In this document: positions 33,301 to 47,800 of the stretch, in pieces
Layout of the letters: every line of letters begins with the position of its first letter
Numbering within the stretch: position 1 is the first letter of the stretch
The notes under the pieces: model-generated
What the model was told of the DNA's origin: nothing
Database searches by the model: none
What the model saw: only the letters and a program-made list of their open reading frames with translations
Program-made: the position numbers and the translations under genes
Origin: an uncultured Gammaproteobacteria bacterium
Lineage (GTDB): Bacteria; Pseudomonadota; Gammaproteobacteria; UBA6002
Direction: 5' to 3'
NCBI GenBank assembly: GCA_963705725.1
Contig: CAVPKM010000011.1
Coordinates: 1 to 58,568, forward strand
DNA length: 58,568 nt

Positions 33301-34125
33301 TTATTGTCTACGATCACGAATAATCATCTTTTTAGTACGCTTATTCTTACGTGTTTTATAACCTTTAGTAGGAACACCTGTTGGACTGACAGGATGTCTG
33401 CCTCCGGATGTTCTGCCTTCACCACCACCATGTGGATGATCAATAGGATTCATCGCCACACCACGAACGGTAGGTCTGCGACCTCGCCAACGACTCGCCC
33501 CTGCTTTACCAAGAGACTTGAGATTATGCTCCGAGTTGGAGACTTCTCCTATTGTTGCTCTGCAGGTAGACATTACCTTACGTAACTCACCGGAGCGAAG
33601 GCGCAATAAACAATATTCATTTTCACGTGCAACAAGCTGTACAGAAGTGCCTGCACTTCTCGCCAACTGAGCTCCCTTATTAGGGCGCATTTCAACACAG
33701 TGGATGATAGATCCAACTGGGATATTTTGTAATGGCAAGCAATTTCCTGGTTTAATTGGGGCATCCGGTCCTGATATGATTTTAGCATCGACCTGTATCC
33801 CTTTTGGCGCAATAGAATATCTACGCTCACCGTCGGCATACAATATTAACATAATATGCGCACTGCGGTTCGGATCATACTCAATGCGTTCAACTCTACC
33901 GAGTATCCCATCTTTATTTCGTTTATAATCGATGAGTCGATAATGTTTTTTATGTCCACCACCACGATGTCTAACCGTAATGCGACCTTGGTTATTTCGG
34001 CCATTTATTCTTGACTTAGGCACTACCAACGCATCGCAAGGCTTACCTTTATAAATAATTGGGTTATTTATCTTTACTACAAATCGACGACCTGGCGATG
34101 TCGGATTAGGCTTTTGTATTGGCAT
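33301..34125 (-). CDS. rplB: 50S ribosomal protein L2
   Basis: [21 protein letters not shown]. Confidence 0.98.
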   Translation of the reverse strand: MPIQKPNPTSPGRRFVVKINNPIIYKGKPCDALVVPKSRINGRNNQGRITVRHRGGGHKKHYRLIDYKRNKDGILGRVERIEYDPNRSAHIMLILYADGERRYSIAPKGIQVDAKIISGPDAPIKPGNCLPLQNIPVGSIIHCVEMRPNKGAQLARSAGTSVQLVARENEYCLLRLRSGELRKVMSTCRATIGEVSNSEHNLKSLGKAGASRWRGRRPTVRGVAMNPIDHPHGGGEGRTSGGRHPVSPTGVPTKGYKTRKNKRTKKMIIRDRRQ

Positions 34126-34142
34126 TACTTACTCTCCTACGC

Positions 34143-34433
34143 CTATGCACCTGAAAAATTTATTTTGTCATTAGTTGAAAGGCGCACATAAGCTTTTTTC
34201 CATGCCTTACGCATGCCTTCAATTCGACCAAATTTAACTTTTTTAGGTTTAAAATTAACTACTTGTACTGATACCACATTGACGTTAAAAAGTTTTTCAA
34301 CCGCTGCCTTAATTTCTGGCTTCGTTGAATCTTTAGCGACCTTGAAGGCGTATTGGTTATTTTCCATTGCATTTGTTGATTTCTCCGAAATGTAAGGAGA
34401 AAGCAACACTTTTAATATTCTTTGTTCATTCAT
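34143..34433 (-). CDS. rplW: 50S ribosomal protein L23
   Basis: SEKS, WKKAYV. Confidence 0.97.
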   Translation of the reverse strand: MNEQRILKVLLSPYISEKSTNAMENNQYAFKVAKDSTKPEIKAAVEKLFNVNVVSVQVVNFKPKKVKFGRIEGMRKAWKKAYVRLSTNDKINFSGA

Positions 34434-35050
34434 GCTAATTTATCCTCAAGAACCTTCAATGCGTCAGCTGTGATTATTACTTTTTCAAACTGGAGCAGGT
34501 GAACAGGGCCTAGTTCAGAAGACTGACAAACCCCAACTGTATGAATATTTCTAGCTGCAAGTGCTAAATTAATATCAAATTCCTCGGTCACTATTAATAT
34601 ACTACTATTAATATTTAACTCTTTTAGTTTGGCGAGAAATGTTTTCGTTTTTGGTTCATTTAGTTGAATTTCACCAATAACGATCAATCGATCTTGCCTA
34701 ATTAATTCAGATAAAATAGATCTAATGGCAATACGGTACATTTTTTTATTTACCTTTTGCACATAGCTTCTTGGCTTTGCAGCAAAAGTTACCCCACCTG
34801 AACGCCATATTGGACTACGAATAGTCCCTGCTCGTGCACGACCGGTGCCTTTTTGTTTCCAAGGTTTTTTTCCCCCACCTCTGACTTCAGATCGGGTTTT
34901 TTGTGCCTTAGTTCCTGCTCGTCCAGCGGCCATATAGGCAGTAACCACCTGGTGAATTAGTCCTTCATTAAATTTTGTTGCAAAATTTTCATCAGAAACC
35001 GTAATAGTTGTGTTTTGCCCACCAGTGCTAACCACATTTAATTCCATCAT
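34430..35050 (-). CDS. rplD: 50S ribosomal protein L4
   Basis: [12 protein letters not shown]. Confidence 0.98.
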   Translation of the reverse strand: MMELNVVSTGGQNTTITVSDENFATKFNEGLIHQVVTAYMAAGRAGTKAQKTRSEVRGGGKKPWKQKGTGRARAGTIRSPIWRSGGVTFAAKPRSYVQKVNKKMYRIAIRSILSELIRQDRLIVIGEIQLNEPKTKTFLAKLKELNINSSILIVTEEFDINLALAARNIHTVGVCQSSELGPVHLLQFEKVIITADALKVLEDKLA

Positions 35051-35700
35051 TCTTCTCCTTTATTCTTTTTAACAGAAGGGCGAATAAGAACGATACTACC
35101 TGGAGCTCCAGGTATTGCACCTTTGAGAAGTAGAATATTACGCTCAGAATCAACTCTAATTATTTGTTGGTTTTGCATAGTACATCGATGATTACCCAAA
35201 CGTCCTGCCATTTTTTTACCTTTGAAAACTCGGCCAGGTGTTTGATTTTGTCCAATAGAGCCAGGAGTACGATGTGAGAGTGAATTACCATGCGAATTAT
35301 CCTGACCTCGGAAATTATGCCTTTTAATTGTTCCAGCAGTGCCTTTTCCTCGTGATATTCCTGTTACATCGATTAACTGGCCTTCATGAAAAATATCTAC
35401 TTTTAGTTCAGTCCCAACATTAAGTTCTTGGCCTTCCTCCGCTAACAGTGGAAATTCCCAAAGACCTAACCCTGCTTCTATACCTGCTTTAGAAAAATGA
35501 CCAGCAGAGGGTTTTGTTACTCGATTTGATTTTTTTACGCCGGTTGTAACCTGATAACTACAATAGCCATCATTATCAATAGTTTTGACTTGAGCAACCC
35601 GATTTGGAGTCACTACTATCACTGTTACAGGAATGGAATTCCCATCTTCTGTAAATTGTCGTGTCATTCCACATTTCCGACCGACTATTCCAATTGGCAT
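35047..35700 (-). CDS. rplC: 50S ribosomal protein L3
   Basis: [21 protein letters not shown]. Confidence 0.98.
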   Translation of the reverse strand: MPIGIVGRKCGMTRQFTEDGNSIPVTVIVVTPNRVAQVKTIDNDGYCSYQVTTGVKKSNRVTKPSAGHFSKAGIEAGLGLWEFPLLAEEGQELNVGTELKVDIFHEGQLIDVTGISRGKGTAGTIKRHNFRGQDNSHGNSLSHRTPGSIGQNQTPGRVFKGKKMAGRLGNHRCTMQNQQIIRVDSERNILLLKGAIPGAPGSIVLIRPSVKKNKGEE

Positions 35701-35758
35701 TTTTGTAACCTCTATAGCTATCGCTTTTCTACCACGATTTAATCAACTTAGCGTTCAA

Positions 35759-36070
35759 TTAATCTACCTTTATCTGAACATCTACACCAGCAGCCAGAGT
35801 AAGTCTCATTAATGCATCAACTGTCTTATCTGTTGGCTGGAGTATATCCAGGACTCTTTTGTGCGTGGGAATAATATATTGATCTTGCGCATCCTTATCT
35901 TTATGAGGAGAGATAAGGACACTGAAGATTTGCTTTTTAGTTGGGAGCGGAATCGGTCCACGAACACGAGCCCCCGTTCTTTTTGCTGTTTCAATAATTT
36001 CTTTTGTTGATCGATCTAACAATCGATAATCAAATGCTTTTAAGCGTATGCGAATGATTTGGTTATTCAT
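35759..36070 (-). CDS. rpsJ: 30S ribosomal protein S10
   Basis: [16 protein letters not shown]. Confidence 0.98.
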   Translation of the reverse strand: MNNQIIRIRLKAFDYRLLDRSTKEIIETAKRTGARVRGPIPLPTKKQIFSVLISPHKDKDAQDQYIIPTHKRVLDILQPTDKTVDALMRLTLAAGVDVQIKVD

Positions 36071-36075
36071 ATTTA

Positions 36076-37269
36076 CTACTCAACAATTTTCGTAACAACA
36101 CCCGCACCTACTGTACGACCTCCTTCGCGTATCGCAAAACGTAATCCTTCTTCCATTGCTATCGGTGACAGCAAGGTTACTACTAGTGCAATATTATCAC
36201 CTGGGATTACCATATCTACGCCAGCTGGTAAATCCACTGTTCCCGTGACATCAGTAGTTCTAAAATAAAATTGTGGTCGGTATCCATTGAAAAATGGGGT
36301 ATGACGGCCACCTTCTTCCTTAGATAACACATAGACTTCAGCATTAAATTTAGTATGTGGTTTAATACTACCTTTTTGAGCTAAAACTTGTCCACGTTCG
36401 ACTTCATCACGTTTTACACCACGCAATAATACGCCAACATTATCACCTGCTTGGCCTTCATCTAATAACTTACGGAACATTTCTACGCCCGTACAGGTTG
36501 TTGTCATTGTGTCCTTTATTCCTACTATCTCGATTTCCTCTCCTACGCGAACTTTACCTTTCTCAATCCGGCCCGTGACAACTGTTCCGCGACCTGAAAT
36601 GGTAAACACGTCTTCTATTGGCATCAAAAATGGTTGATCGATTGGTCGATCTGGCAATGGGAAATAGTCATCCATTACGTCTACCAACTTAATTATCGAT
36701 GGCACCCCAATTGGACTCTGATCTCCTTGAAGTGCTTTTAATGCAGATCCCACTACTATTGGGGTATCATCTCCAGGAAAATCATACTGATTCAACAGAT
36801 CTCGTACTTCTATTTCTACCAATTCTAATAATTCTTGATCATCCACCATATCTGCTTTGTTTAGGTAAACCACGATATATGGCACGCCTACCTGTTTAGC
36901 TAGTAATATATGTTCTCTTGTTTGGGGCATCGGGCCGTCGGCTGCAGATACAACTAATATTGCACCGTCCATTTGCGCTGCTCCTGTGATCATGTTTTTT
37001 ACATAATCAGCATGTCCTGGACAGTCTACATGCGCATAGTGGCGCTTCTTTGATGTATATTCAACATGTGTGGTGGATATCGTTATCCCTCGTGCTTTCT
37101 CTTCAGGCGCATTATCAATATCTTCATATTTTTTAATTGTTCCTACGCCGTGTATCTCTGCCATTACCTTTGTGAGCGCTGCAGTTAATGTCGTCTTACC
37201 GTGATCCACATGTCCAATCGTGCCAACATTTACGTGTTCTTTATTGCGCTCAAATTTTTCCTTACCCAT
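36076..37269 (-). CDS. tuf: Elongation factor Tu
   Basis: [17 protein letters not shown]. Confidence 0.99.
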   Translation of the reverse strand: MGKEKFERNKEHVNVGTIGHVDHGKTTLTAALTKVMAEIHGVGTIKKYEDIDNAPEEKARGITISTTHVEYTSKKRHYAHVDCPGHADYVKNMITGAAQMDGAILVVSAADGPMPQTREHILLAKQVGVPYIVVYLNKADMVDDQELLELVEIEVRDLLNQYDFPGDDTPIVVGSALKALQGDQSPIGVPSIIKLVDVMDDYFPLPDRPIDQPFLMPIEDVFTISGRGTVVTGRIEKGKVRVGEEIEIVGIKDTMTTTCTGVEMFRKLLDEGQAGDNVGVLLRGVKRDEVERGQVLAQKGSIKPHTKFNAEVYVLSKEEGGRHTPFFNGYRPQFYFRTTDVTGTVDLPAGVDMVIPGDNIALVVTLLSPIAMEEGLRFAIREGGRTVGAGVVTKIVE

Positions 37270-37285
37270 TTTATCACCTCTTAAC

Positions 37286-39388
37286 TTAGGATTGTTGCTG
37301 AATTATCGCTTCTGCAATATTTGCAGGAGCCTCATTGTATTTTAAAAATTCCATTGTATAGGTTGCACGACCTTGACTTAATGAACGCAAGTCAGTGGCA
37401 TAACCAAACATTTCAGACAAAGGCACTTGCGCGTTAATAATTTTACCAGCAGGATTTTCATCCATCCCTTGCAAAATACCACGTCGGCGATTTAAATCGC
37501 CCATTACATCACCCATGTAATCTTCAGGGGTAACGACTTCTACTTTTACAATCGGCTCCAGAAGAATAGGCGCTGCTTTTTTAGCACCCTCTTTGAATGC
37601 CATCGATCCGGCAACTTTGAATGCCATTTCGCTGGAATCGACATCATGATAGGTGCCATCATACAGAGTCACTCTTACGTCAACAACAGGATATCCCGCT
37701 ATTACACCATTCTGCATTTGTTCAACTATGCCTTTTTCAACAGCAGGAATATATTCTTTTGGAATCGCACCACCAACAATTGCATTATTGAACTCAAACC
37801 CTTCACCTGGCTCACGAGGCTCGATTTTAATTTTAACGTGTCCATACTGGCCGCGGCCGCCAGATTGTCGAATATATTTGCCTTCTTGTTCGATGGCTTT
37901 TTTAATAGTTTCACGATAAGCCACCTGTGGTTTACCTACATTGGCTTCAACATTGAACTCACGTTTCATTCGGTCAATAATGATTTCAAGATGGAGCTCT
38001 CCCATTCCGGAAATAATGGTCTGACCTGACTCTTCATCAGTATGTACGCGAAATGAAGGATCTTCTTGTGCTAACTTACCCAGGGCTATACCCATTTTTT
38101 CTTGATCGACCTTAGTTTTAGGTTCAACTGCAACTGAAATAACTGGCTCTGGAAATTCCATTCGTTCTAATGTGATGATATGGTCCATACTGCAAAGCGT
38201 ATCACCTGTTGTCACTGTTTTTAAGCCAACAGCCGCTGCAATATCCCCTGCACGAACTTCCTTGATTTCTTCCCTTGAGTTAGCATGCATCTGTAGAATT
38301 CGACCAATCCTTTCTTTTTTGCCTTTGACTGGGTTGTAAACTGAGTCGCCTGATTTTAAAACACCGGAGTAAACTCTAAAAAATGTCAACGTCCCTACAA
38401 ATGGGTCAGTTGCGATCTTAAATACTAATGCAGAAAAAGGCTCATCATCATTAGCATGTCGTTCTGCTTCAGTCCCTTCCTTATCATCTAAAATTCCTTT
38501 AATTGCGGGTACATCATCTGGAGCAGGCAGGTATTCTACTACTGCATCAAGTAATGCTTGCACGCCTTTATTTTTAAAGGCAGAGCCACAAAGCATAGGA
38601 ACAATTTCATTTGTAATTGTTCGTTTACGCAGGCCAAGTTTTATTTCTTCTTCGCTTAGATTGCCTTGTTCTAAATATTTCTCCATCAAGGTTTCATTTG
38701 CTTCTGCAGCCGCCTCGACCATTTTCTCATGCCACTCATTGCAAATATCTTCGAGTTCAGCGGGAATAGCTTTTGCTTCGTAAGTCATTCCTTTATCAGC
38801 TTCATTCCAATAGATTGCCTTCATGCGAATCAGATCAACGATCCCTTTAAAATTCTCTTCCGATCCAATATTGATTTGAATTGGGATAGGATTTGCGCCC
38901 AATCTTTCTTTTAATTGTTTGATTGTACGTGTGTAATCGGCACCCGCTCGATCCATTTTATTTACAAACCCCAGTCGTGGCACGCCATATTTATTTGCTT
39001 GGCGCCAGACGGTTTCTGTTTGAGGTTCTACTCCGCCTACAGAGTCAAAGACAGCAACTGCGCCATCTAGCACTCGAAGTGAACGCTCAACTTCAATAGT
39101 AAAATCTACGTGGCCAGGAGTATCGATAATATTAATTCGATGCTCAGGAAACTGCGCATCCATCCCTTTCCAAACGACATGGGTTGCTGCAGAGGTAATG
39201 GTAATTCCACGTTCTTGCTCTTGCGCCATCCAATCCATTACCGCTGTACCTTCGTGTACTTCACCGATTTTATGAGACATGCCAGTGTAATACAATATAC
39301 GCTCAGTGGTGGTTGTTTTGCCCGCATCTATATGAGCCATGATGCCAATATTACGAGTTTGTTTAAGAGGTGTTATACGTGCTGCCAT
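37286..39388 (-). CDS. fusA: Elongation factor G
   Basis: [17 protein letters not shown]; true start MAARITP at 39388, just after the rpsG stop. Confidence 0.98.
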   Translation of the reverse strand: MAARITPLKQTRNIGIMAHIDAGKTTTTERILYYTGMSHKIGEVHEGTAVMDWMAQEQERGITITSAATHVVWKGMDAQFPEHRINIIDTPGHVDFTIEVERSLRVLDGAVAVFDSVGGVEPQTETVWRQANKYGVPRLGFVNKMDRAGADYTRTIKQLKERLGANPIPIQINIGSEENFKGIVDLIRMKAIYWNEADKGMTYEAKAIPAELEDICNEWHEKMVEAAAEANETLMEKYLEQGNLSEEEIKLGLRKRTITNEIVPMLCGSAFKNKGVQALLDAVVEYLPAPDDVPAIKGILDDKEGTEAERHANDDEPFSALVFKIATDPFVGTLTFFRVYSGVLKSGDSVYNPVKGKKERIGRILQMHANSREEIKEVRAGDIAAAVGLKTVTTGDTLCSMDHIITLERMEFPEPVISVAVEPKTKVDQEKMGIALGKLAQEDPSFRVHTDEESGQTIISGMGELHLEIIIDRMKREFNVEANVGKPQVAYRETIKKAIEQEGKYIRQSGGRGQYGHVKIKIEPREPGEGFEFNNAIVGGAIPKEYIPAVEKGIVEQMQNGVIAGYPVVDVRVTLYDGTYHDVDSSEMAFKVAGSMAFKEGAKKAAPILLEPIVKVEVVTPEDYMGDVMGDLNRRRGILQGMDENPAGKIINAQVPLSEMFGYATDLRSLSQGRATYTMEFLKYNEAPANIAEAIIQQQS

Positions 39389-39392
39389 TTCT

Positions 39393-39920
39393 CTACCACC
39401 GATAATGCGCAAAGGCTTTATTAGCTTCTGCTGTCTTGTGAACATTAAGACATTCCCTGAATGCTCCGCCCGTTTCTCGAGTTGCATCCATTATTTCATT
39501 AGCTAACCGTTGATCCATGTTTTTTTCACCGCGCTTTGCTGCATAAGTAACCAATAGACGCATCCCCACTGCATCACGTCGCTCTGCCCTTACTTCAACA
39601 GGCACTTGATAGGTCGAACCTCCTACCCGTCGTGACTTGACCTCTACCCGGGGGCTGACATTATCTAGTGCCTTGATTAATGTTTCTAGCACTTGTTTTT
39701 TTCGTGATTCGCTTAATGAAGCAATTTCATCCGCACCTTTGCCTTTTTTTGTTTCATCAGATCTATGTGCAATTAAATTTAACGCACCGTAAACAATTCG
39801 CTCAGCGGTAGATTTTTTTCCCTTTTTCATCACGTGGTTAACTAACTTCGTCACCTTTGTGCTTTGAAATAATGGGTCTGGCATGATTTCTCTTTTACGC
39901 GCAGCATTTCTTCTTGACAT
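39393..39920 (-). CDS. rpsG: 30S ribosomal protein S7
   Basis: [21 protein letters not shown]; internal insertion. Confidence 0.98.
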   Translation of the reverse strand: MSRRNAARKREIMPDPLFQSTKVTKLVNHVMKKGKKSTAERIVYGALNLIAHRSDETKKGKGADEIASLSESRKKQVLETLIKALDNVSPRVEVKSRRVGGSTYQVPVEVRAERRDAVGMRLLVTYAAKRGEKNMDQRLANEIMDATRETGGAFRECLNVHKTAEANKAFAHYRW

Positions 39921-39932
39921 CTTTTTTCCTCT

Positions 39933-40307
39933 CTATGCTTTAGGTCTTTTCTCACCATATTTAGAACGACCCTGACGTCTGCCAGATACTCCTGCCGTAT
40001 CCAGACTACCCCTAACAATATGATATCGAACACCTGGCAAATCCTTTACCCGACCTCCACGAATAAGCACGACTGAGTGCTCTTGAAGATTATGTCCTTC
40101 ACCACCAATATAAGCTGATACTTCGCTACCATTCGTTAAGCGAACACGCGCAACCTTTCTTAATGCTGAATTAGGTTTTTTAGGTGTTGTGGTATAAACA
40201 CGGGTACATACTCCACGACGTTGTGGACAGCCATCAAGTGCAGGAACCTTACTCTTGGCCTTTTTAATTTTTCGCGGTTTACGAACCAGCTGGCTGATTC
40301 TTGCCAT
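39933..40307 (-). CDS. rpsL: 30S ribosomal protein S12
   Basis: [20 protein letters not shown]. Confidence 0.99.
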   Translation of the reverse strand: MARISQLVRKPRKIKKAKSKVPALDGCPQRRGVCTRVYTTTPKKPNSALRKVARVRLTNGSEVSAYIGGEGHNLQEHSVVLIRGGRVKDLPGVRYHIVRGSLDTAGVSGRRQGRSKYGEKRPKA

Positions 40308-40366
40308 ATCTTTCTTAACTCCAAATAAATAATTACCACTAACCCTAAAACTGAAGCGGAGGGGCG

Positions 40367-40395
40367 ATTCTATATATAATCTGACAGCATGTCAA
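40367..40395 (-). promoter_or_regulatory. str-operon sigma70 promoter
   Basis: TTGACA-17 nt-TAGAAT followed by a GC-rich discriminator (CGCCCC). Confidence 0.8.
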
Positions 40396-40511
40396 GCAAT
40401 CTCCCTTATGGAAGTTACCTACAGCCTCACAAATCCAGTCAAAATTAGCGTCAAAATTTGCCATTTTAGCAATTTTTTAGCTTAACGCAAATACTTTTGT
40501 TGCAAATAATG

Positions 40512-43500
40512 CTATCGCTTACCAGAAGCTTCCTCATTACTCGAAGTATTCAGTGCTTCACTTAGTGCTTGCTCTACGTCACTTGCAGTAATACGTTTTT
40601 CATCAGCTTCCGTAATTTCTATTTTTAATCCTTTCCCACCATTTTTCTTACGTCTCATCATGTGATACGCCAATCCTGTGCCTGCTGGGATCAGTCGGCC
40701 TACTATGACATTTTCTTTTAGGCCTCTCAATTCGTCACGCTTGCCGCTTACTGCAGCCTCAGTCAACACTCGAGTGGTGTCTTGGAAGGATGCGGCAGAG
40801 ATAAATGACTCAGTCGCCAATGAAGCTTTTGTTATACCAAGCAATACTGGCTCGTATTGCGCATGAAAGCCATCTGGACTCACTTTTTCATTTTCTTCGA
40901 CCAATCGATTTTTCTCTACTTGCTCACCTTTTAATAATTTCGTGTCCCCAGGATCGGTAATTAATACTTTACGTAGCATCTGCCTGACAATAATCTCAAT
41001 GTGCTTATCATTAATCTTCACACCTTGCAATCGATAAACATCTTGAACTTCATTAACAATGTAATTGGCTAATGCATCGACACCTAATAGTCGCAAAATA
41101 TCCTGTGGGTCAGGAGGTCCATCTGCAATAGTTTCACCTTTTTCCACGTTTTCACCTTCAAATACCGTCACATGACGCCATTTAGGTATCAACTCTTCAT
41201 GGATCTCTCCATTATGGGCTGTAATAATAAGCCGTCGTTTTTCTTTGGTTTCTTTACCAAAACTCACCACACCTGAAGTTTCTGCAAGAACAGCAGCATC
41301 TTTAGGCCTTCGTGCCTCAAATAAATCTGCTACCCTAGGTAACCCTCCAGTAATATCGCGGGTTTTAAATGTTTCTTGAGGAATACGTGCGACAAAATCT
41401 CCGACTCCAACTTCAGAGCCATTCTCAATATTAACCATCGCTCCATTTTGTAATAAATAGTGAGCAAGCAGGTTTGTCCCTGGGATAATAATATCCTCAC
41501 CTTTCTCATCTACTAATTTAACAGCGGGACGCAACTCTTTACCTGTTGCACTTCTTTGTTTTGCACTCATGATAACAATGCTACTTAGCCCGGTTACTTC
41601 GTCCGTTTGGCGATTCATGGTAACGCCATCGATTAAATCGACAAACCGAACAAATCCTGCAACTTCTGTAATAATGGGATGAGTATGCGGATCCCACTGT
41701 GCGACAATTTGGCCCGGCTGAATCTCAGAAGCATCTTCAATAGAAAGCACGGCGCCATAAGGAATTTTATATCGTTCACGCTCCCTACCATGCGAGTCAA
41801 TAACCGCAAGCTCTCCTGACCTTGATGTTGCTATCAAATTACCACTTGCATGTTTAACATTCTTAAGATTTTGAAGTTTAATTATGCCTTTTGATTTGAC
41901 TTGGATATTGTTGACCGCAGTAGCTCTTGATGCCGCACCCCCGATATGGAACGTACGCATCGTCAGCTGGGTGCCTGGTTCACCAATTGATTGTGCAGCA
42001 ATAACGCCTACTGCTTCACCAATATTTACTAGATGACCTCTTGCAAGATCTCGACCATAGCATTTTGCGCAAACCCCATAACGTGCTTCACAGGTAATTC
42101 CAGAGCGCACAGTCACTTGCTCGATTCCTTTTTCTTCCAGAGTATCCACTAATTGTTCGTCGAGCAGCGTTCCTTGCGATATAAGAATTTCATTTGTTTT
42201 GAGATCAACTATATCCTCTGCAACCACGCGGCCTAGCACACGCTCTCGTAACGGCTCAACCACATCTCCCCCTTCAATATGGGGCGACATTACTAGGCCA
42301 TTATCAGTACCACAATCAATTATTGTGACCACGACATCTTGAGCCACGTCTACTAAACGTCTTGTTAAATAGCCAGAATTCGCAGTTTTTAATGCAGTAT
42401 CTGCCAGACCTTTTCTCGCTCCATGAGTGGAAATAAAATATTGTAATACGCTTAATCCTTCACGGAAATTAGCAGTAATAGGTGTTTCAATAATTGTTCC
42501 ATCGGGTTTTGCCATTAACCCCCGCATTCCTGCTAACTGACGCATCTGTGCAGCGGATCCCCTTGCACCTGAATCAGCCATCATAAATATTGAATTAAAC
42601 GAGCTTTGTTTGACTTTTTTCCCTTGCGCGTCAATCACATCTTCTGTGGCCAACTTTTCCATCATAGCTTTTGCTACCTGGTCGTTGGTATGTGACCAAA
42701 TATCCACAACTTTGTTATAACGTTCACCCTGGGTAACTAAACCCGTTGCAAATTGATTTTCGATCTCCCTGACTTCTTCTTCAGCGCCTGCAATAATCTC
42801 AGCTTTCGCTTCTGGCACGATTAAATCATTAATCCCGATCGATATGCCGGAACGAGTCGCATATCGATACCCTGTATACATAAGCTGATCAGCAAAAATA
42901 ACACTGGCTTTTATTCCTAGTTTTCGGTAGCAAATATTGAGCAGCGAAGAGACGACTTTTTTGGTCATAGGTTGATCAATTAATGAAAATGGTAAGCCTT
43001 TAGGGACAATTTCCCACAATAGCGCTCGACCTACCGTTGTTGCTACCACATGGATATTTTCCTGTTCATTTCCATTTTCATCAATCGTGACTTCATCAAT
43101 TTTCACCTTGATACGCGCATGAATATCCACTGCTTTATTAGCATAAGCGCGCATAATCTCATCACAATTTTGGAAAATCATGCCTTCGCCTTTCGCATTG
43201 ATTTTCTCGCGTGTCATATAATATAGGCCGAGTACAACATCTAAAGTTGGTACAATAATAGGCTCACCATTAGCAGGAGAAAGAATGTTATTTGTCGACA
43301 TCATTAAGGTGCGAGCTTCCAATTGCGCTTCCAATGTTAATGGAATATGGACCGCCATCTGATCACCATCGAAATCTGCATTATAGGCGGTACAAACAAG
43401 CGGATGTAATTGAATTGCCTTGCCTTCAATCAGTACTGGCTCAAATGCCTGAATACCCAATCGGTGAAGTGTTGGTGCACGATTTAAAAGAACTGGATGC

Positions 43501-44747
43501 TCTCTAATGACCTCTTCTAAAATATCCCATACTTCTGATGCTCCACCCTCTACCATCTTCTTAGCTGCCTTAATGGTGGTAGCTAAGCCTCGATATTGTA
43601 ATTTGCTAAATATAAAAGGTTTAAATAATTCGAGAGCCATTTTTTTGGGCAGCCCACACTGGTGTAGGCGCAATGTTGGGCCAACTACAATTACAGAGCG
43701 GCCTGAGTAGTCAACACGCTTACCCAGTAAATTTTGTCTGAAGCGACCTTGCTTACCTTTAATCATATCTGCTAATGATTTTAATGGTCGCTTGTTTGAA
43801 CCGGTGATAGCACGACCTCTTCTTCCATTATCCAATAAGGCATCTACCGCCTCTTGTAACATTCTCTTTTCATTACGTACGATAATATCAGGCGCATTGA
43901 GATCTAAGAGACGTTCAAGACGATTATTTCGATTAATCACACGTCGGTAAAGATCATTCAAATCCGAGGTTGCAAAACGTCCGCCATCTAAGGGAACTAA
44001 TGGTCTTAGGTCAGGTGGTAAAACAGGCAACACACTCATGACCATCCACTCAGGTTTGTTGCCAGAGTGGTGAAAGGCTTCCATGACCTTAAGGCGTTTA
44101 GTCAATTTCTTTAATTTCGTATCGGATGAAGTAATCGGTATCTCTTCGCGCATATGAATAATTTCATTTTCAAGATCAATATCGCGCAGCAATTTTTGGA
44201 TAGCTTCAGCCCCCATTAATGCTTTAAATTCGGAACCATACTGTCCAACAGCCTCATCGTGAGCCTCTTCTGTCAGCAGTTGTCCTTTGGTAAAGGGGGT
44301 CATTCCAGGTTCTATGACAACAAAAGCTTCAAAATATAATACTCGTTCAATATCTCGCAACGTCATATCTAACAATAATCCAATACGAGATGGTAATGAT
44401 TTTAAGAACCAAATATGCGCAACGGGGCTTGCCAACTCAATATGGCCCATTCTTTCACGCCGAACTTTTGATAGCGTAACTTCTACCCCACATTTTTCGC
44501 AGATAACGCCACGATATTTTCGCCGCTTATATTTTCCACACAAGCATTCATTATCTTTAATGGGACCAAATATTTTGGCACAAAACAATCCGCCTCGTTC
44601 TGGTTTATATGTTCGATAGTTAATGGTCTCTGGTTTGGTAATTTCACCAAATGACCAAGAACGCATTTCTTCAGGTGATGCAAGAGCGATTTTTATCGCA
44701 TCAAATTCTTTATGTTCTTTTGTAAGAACACTGATTAAATCTTCCAA
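40512..44747 (-). CDS. rpoC: RNA polymerase beta-prime subunit
   Basis: NADFDGD catalytic motif; TTG start with GGAG RBS. Confidence 0.99.
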   Translation of the reverse strand: MEDLISVLTKEHKEFDAIKIALASPEEMRSWSFGEITKPETINYRTYKPERGGLFCAKIFGPIKDNECLCGKYKRRKYRGVICEKCGVEVTLSKVRRERMGHIELASPVAHIWFLKSLPSRIGLLLDMTLRDIERVLYFEAFVVIEPGMTPFTKGQLLTEEAHDEAVGQYGSEFKALMGAEAIQKLLRDIDLENEIIHMREEIPITSSDTKLKKLTKRLKVMEAFHHSGNKPEWMVMSVLPVLPPDLRPLVPLDGGRFATSDLNDLYRRVINRNNRLERLLDLNAPDIIVRNEKRMLQEAVDALLDNGRRGRAITGSNKRPLKSLADMIKGKQGRFRQNLLGKRVDYSGRSVIVVGPTLRLHQCGLPKKMALELFKPFIFSKLQYRGLATTIKAAKKMVEGGASEVWDILEEVIREHPVLLNRAPTLHRLGIQAFEPVLIEGKAIQLHPLVCTAYNADFDGDQMAVHIPLTLEAQLEARTLMMSTNNILSPANGEPIIVPTLDVVLGLYYMTREKINAKGEGMIFQNCDEIMRAYANKAVDIHARIKVKIDEVTIDENGNEQENIHVVATTVGRALLWEIVPKGLPFSLIDQPMTKKVVSSLLNICYRKLGIKASVIFADQLMYTGYRYATRSGISIGINDLIVPEAKAEIIAGAEEEVREIENQFATGLVTQGERYNKVVDIWSHTNDQVAKAMMEKLATEDVIDAQGKKVKQSSFNSIFMMADSGARGSAAQMRQLAGMRGLMAKPDGTIIETPITANFREGLSVLQYFISTHGARKGLADTALKTANSGYLTRRLVDVAQDVVVTIIDCGTDNGLVMSPHIEGGDVVEPLRERVLGRVVAEDIVDLKTNEILISQGTLLDEQLVDTLEEKGIEQVTVRSGITCEARYGVCAKCYGRDLARGHLVNIGEAVGVIAAQSIGEPGTQLTMRTFHIGGAASRATAVNNIQVKSKGIIKLQNLKNVKHASGNLIATSRSGELAVIDSHGRERERYKIPYGAVLSIEDASEIQPGQIVAQWDPHTHPIITEVAGFVRFVDLIDGVTMNRQTDEVTGLSSIVIMSAKQRSATGKELRPAVKLVDEKGEDIIIPGTNLLAHYLLQNGAMVNIENGSEVGVGDFVARIPQETFKTRDITGGLPRVADLFEARRPKDAAVLAETSGVVSFGKETKEKRRLIITAHNGEIHEELIPKWRHVTVFEGENVEKGETIADGPPDPQDILRLLGVDALANYIVNEVQDVYRLQGVKINDKHIEIIVRQMLRKVLITDPGDTKLLKGEQVEKNRLVEENEKVSPDGFHAQYEPVLLGITKASLATESFISAASFQDTTRVLTEAAVSGKRDELRGLKENVIVGRLIPAGTGLAYHMMRRKKNGGKGLKIEITEADEKRITASDVEQALSEALNTSSNEEASGKR

Positions 44748-44806
44748 TGCTGTACTCCTATGATAGATTCACGCTAACGTCGCTTATTTGCATTTATGTG
44801 ATATAC

Positions 44807-47800
44807 CTAATCATGCTCTAGTGTAAAATCAATGCCGAGAGATCTGATTTCTTTCATTAATACATTGAAAGATTCAGGCATACTGGCCTCCATCCGATGA
44901 TCATTATCGACGATATTTTTATATATTCTTGTTCTGCCTGCCACATCGTCGGATTTGACTGTTAGCATTTCTTGTAAAGTATAGGAAGCACCATAAGCCT
45001 CAAGTGCCCATACTTCCATTTCACCAAAACGTTGACCACCAAACTGTGCCTTACCACCCAGCGGTTGTTGCGTCACCAAACTGTATGAACCAGTGGAGCG
45101 GGCATGCATTTTATCATCCACTAGATGGTTTAACTTAAGCATATACATATAGCCAACAGTAACAGGTCGATCGAAAGATTCCCCTGTTCTACCATCAATC
45201 AGATAGGTTTGCCCCGTCTCAGGTAAATCTGCTAATTTTAACATTTGTTTAATTTCGTCTTCAGTTGCTCCATCGAAAACAGGTGTAGCCAGTGGAACGC
45301 CTGCCCGCATATTTTGAGAAAGACGATAAATTTCATCATCTGTAAAACTGTCTAAATCCACTGTTTGGCTATCATCAGAATTATAAATCTGATCAAGTAA
45401 ACCCCGCAGCTTTTCTACTTTTTGTTTTGCCTCTATCATTTCACCCAACTTGATTCCTAGGCCTTTAGCTGCCCAGCCAAGATGTGTTTCGAGTACCTGA
45501 CCCACATTCATCCGGGAAGGTACCCCAAGAGGGTTTAAAACAATATCTACTGGAGTTCCGTCTTCCAAATAAGGCATGTCTTCAATTGGTAGAATGCTTG
45601 AGATGACACCTTTATTACCGTGTCGACCTGCCATTTTATCGCCTGGTTGAATACGTCTTTTCACTGCTAAATATACTTTTACGATTTTAATTACGCCTGG
45701 AGCAAGATCGTCTCCCTGCATCAACTTGTTTCGTTTGATTTCAAGTTTTTCTGCATACTCCTGACGCAATTCCTTTAATTGGCCACAAGCGTGTTCAATG
45801 CGAGCATTAATTTCATCATCCTTTAAACTAATATCAAACCATTTTTCTTTCGCTACCGTCTGTAAATATTCTTTGGTAATTTTTGTGCCGGTATTTAATT
45901 TATTAGGCCCTCTATCTGCAATTTTGTCGATAAGGAGTAGCTCTACGCGCTTGTACAATGACTCTTCTTGAATACGTAATTCATCATTCAAATCTTTTTT
46001 AATTTTAGATAGTTCCAATTTTTCTATTTCTAAGGCGCGCGGGTCTTTTTTCACTCCTTCACGTGTGAATACCTGCACATCGATCACTGTGCCATTCACT
46101 CCTGGCGGTACCCTCAAAGAAGAATCTTTTACATCAGATGCTTTCTCTCCAAAAATAGCACGCAATAATTTTTCTTCAGGTGTTAATTGTGTCTCGCCCT
46201 TTGGAGTGACTTTCCCAACCAAAATATCACTGGTATCCACTTCCGCCCCAATATAAACAATCCCTGCTTCATCAAGTTTTGAAAGTGCTCCTTCTCCTAC
46301 ATTAGGAATATCAGCAGAGATTTCTTCTGGTCCTAATTTGGTGTCTCGCGCAACACAGGTAAGCTCTTGGATATGAATAGTTGTAAAGCGATCCTCTTCA
46401 GCGACTCTCTCTGAAATTAAAATTGAATCCTCGAAGTTATAACCATTCCATGGCATAAAAGCGACCAAGAGATTTTGTCCAAGTGCAAGCTCACCAATAT
46501 CCGTTGAAGGACCATCAGCTAACACATCTCCTTTTTCAACTACGTCACCTACTTCAACAAGCGGTCTTTGATTTATGCAGGTATTTTGGTTAGAACGCGT
46601 AAATTTAGTTAAATTATAAATATCGACACCTACATCATTTGATGGGTTATCTTCCTCTCTCACTCTTACTACGATGCGAGAAGCATCAACTGAATCCACA
46701 ATTCCGCCACGTTTTGAAACTACTGTTGCCCCTGAGTCTGATGCGACCAAACGTTCTACGCCAGTACCAACCAATGGTTTTTCAGGTCGCAATGTAGGAA
46801 CAGCTTGACGTTGCATGTTTGAACCCATTAAGGCACGGTTAGCATCGTCATGCTCTAAGAAAGGTATTAAGGATGCAGCAACCGATACAATTTGACGTGG
46901 TGAAACATCCATGTAATCAATTTTATCTGGGGTAGCAAGCGTAAATTCACCCTTATAACGACATGAAACCAGTTCATCAATAATCATTTTATTATTATCA
47001 AGCCGAGTATTAGCTTGCGCAATGTAAAAGTCACCTTCTTCAATCGCTGATAAATATTCAAAATCATCCGTTATACGGGTATTAATCACTTTGCGGTATG
47101 GACTTTCAAGAAATCCATACTCATTTGTTCGTGCAAACATTGCTAATGAATTAATCAATCCAATATTGGGACCTTCAGGGGTTTCAATTGGGCAAACTCG
47201 ACCATAATGAGTAGGATGAACGTCACGAACCTCAAACCCTGCGCGTTCACGAGTCAACCCGCCTGGACCCAATGCTGAAACACGTCTTTTATGAGTGATT
47301 TCAGATAGCGGATTGTTTTGATCCATAAATTGTGACAATTGACTTGAACCAAAAAATTCCTTAATTGCTGCTGACACAGGTTTGGCATTAATAAAATCTT
47401 GTGGCATTAGGCCCTCAACATCGGCCAAACTAAATCGATCTTTTACGGCCCGTTCTACTCTTACCAATCCTACCCGGAATTGGTTTTCAGCCATTTCGCC
47501 TACTCTTCGTACGCGACGATTTCCTAAGTGGTCAATATCATCAACTTCACCGCGACCATCTCGGATATCTACCAAAACTTTAATAACTGCAATAATATCT
47601 TCTTTTGACAGCACCCCAGGACCAGTCAAATTTTGTCGACCCACCCTTCGGTTGAATTTCATTCGTCCTACAGCAGAAAGATCATAACGCTCTGACACGA
47701 AAAATAAATTTTCAAATAAATTTTCAGCTGCTTCCTTTGTTGGCGGTTCCCCTGGTCGCATCATTCGATATATTTCGACTAGTGCTTCAAGCTGATTCAC

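Noticed and set aside
35880-35920. S10 loop SPHKDK as a tetracycline-resistance allele
   Set aside because: Lys at this position occurs naturally in other bacteria and the whole protein is divergent; no phenotype can be inferred.
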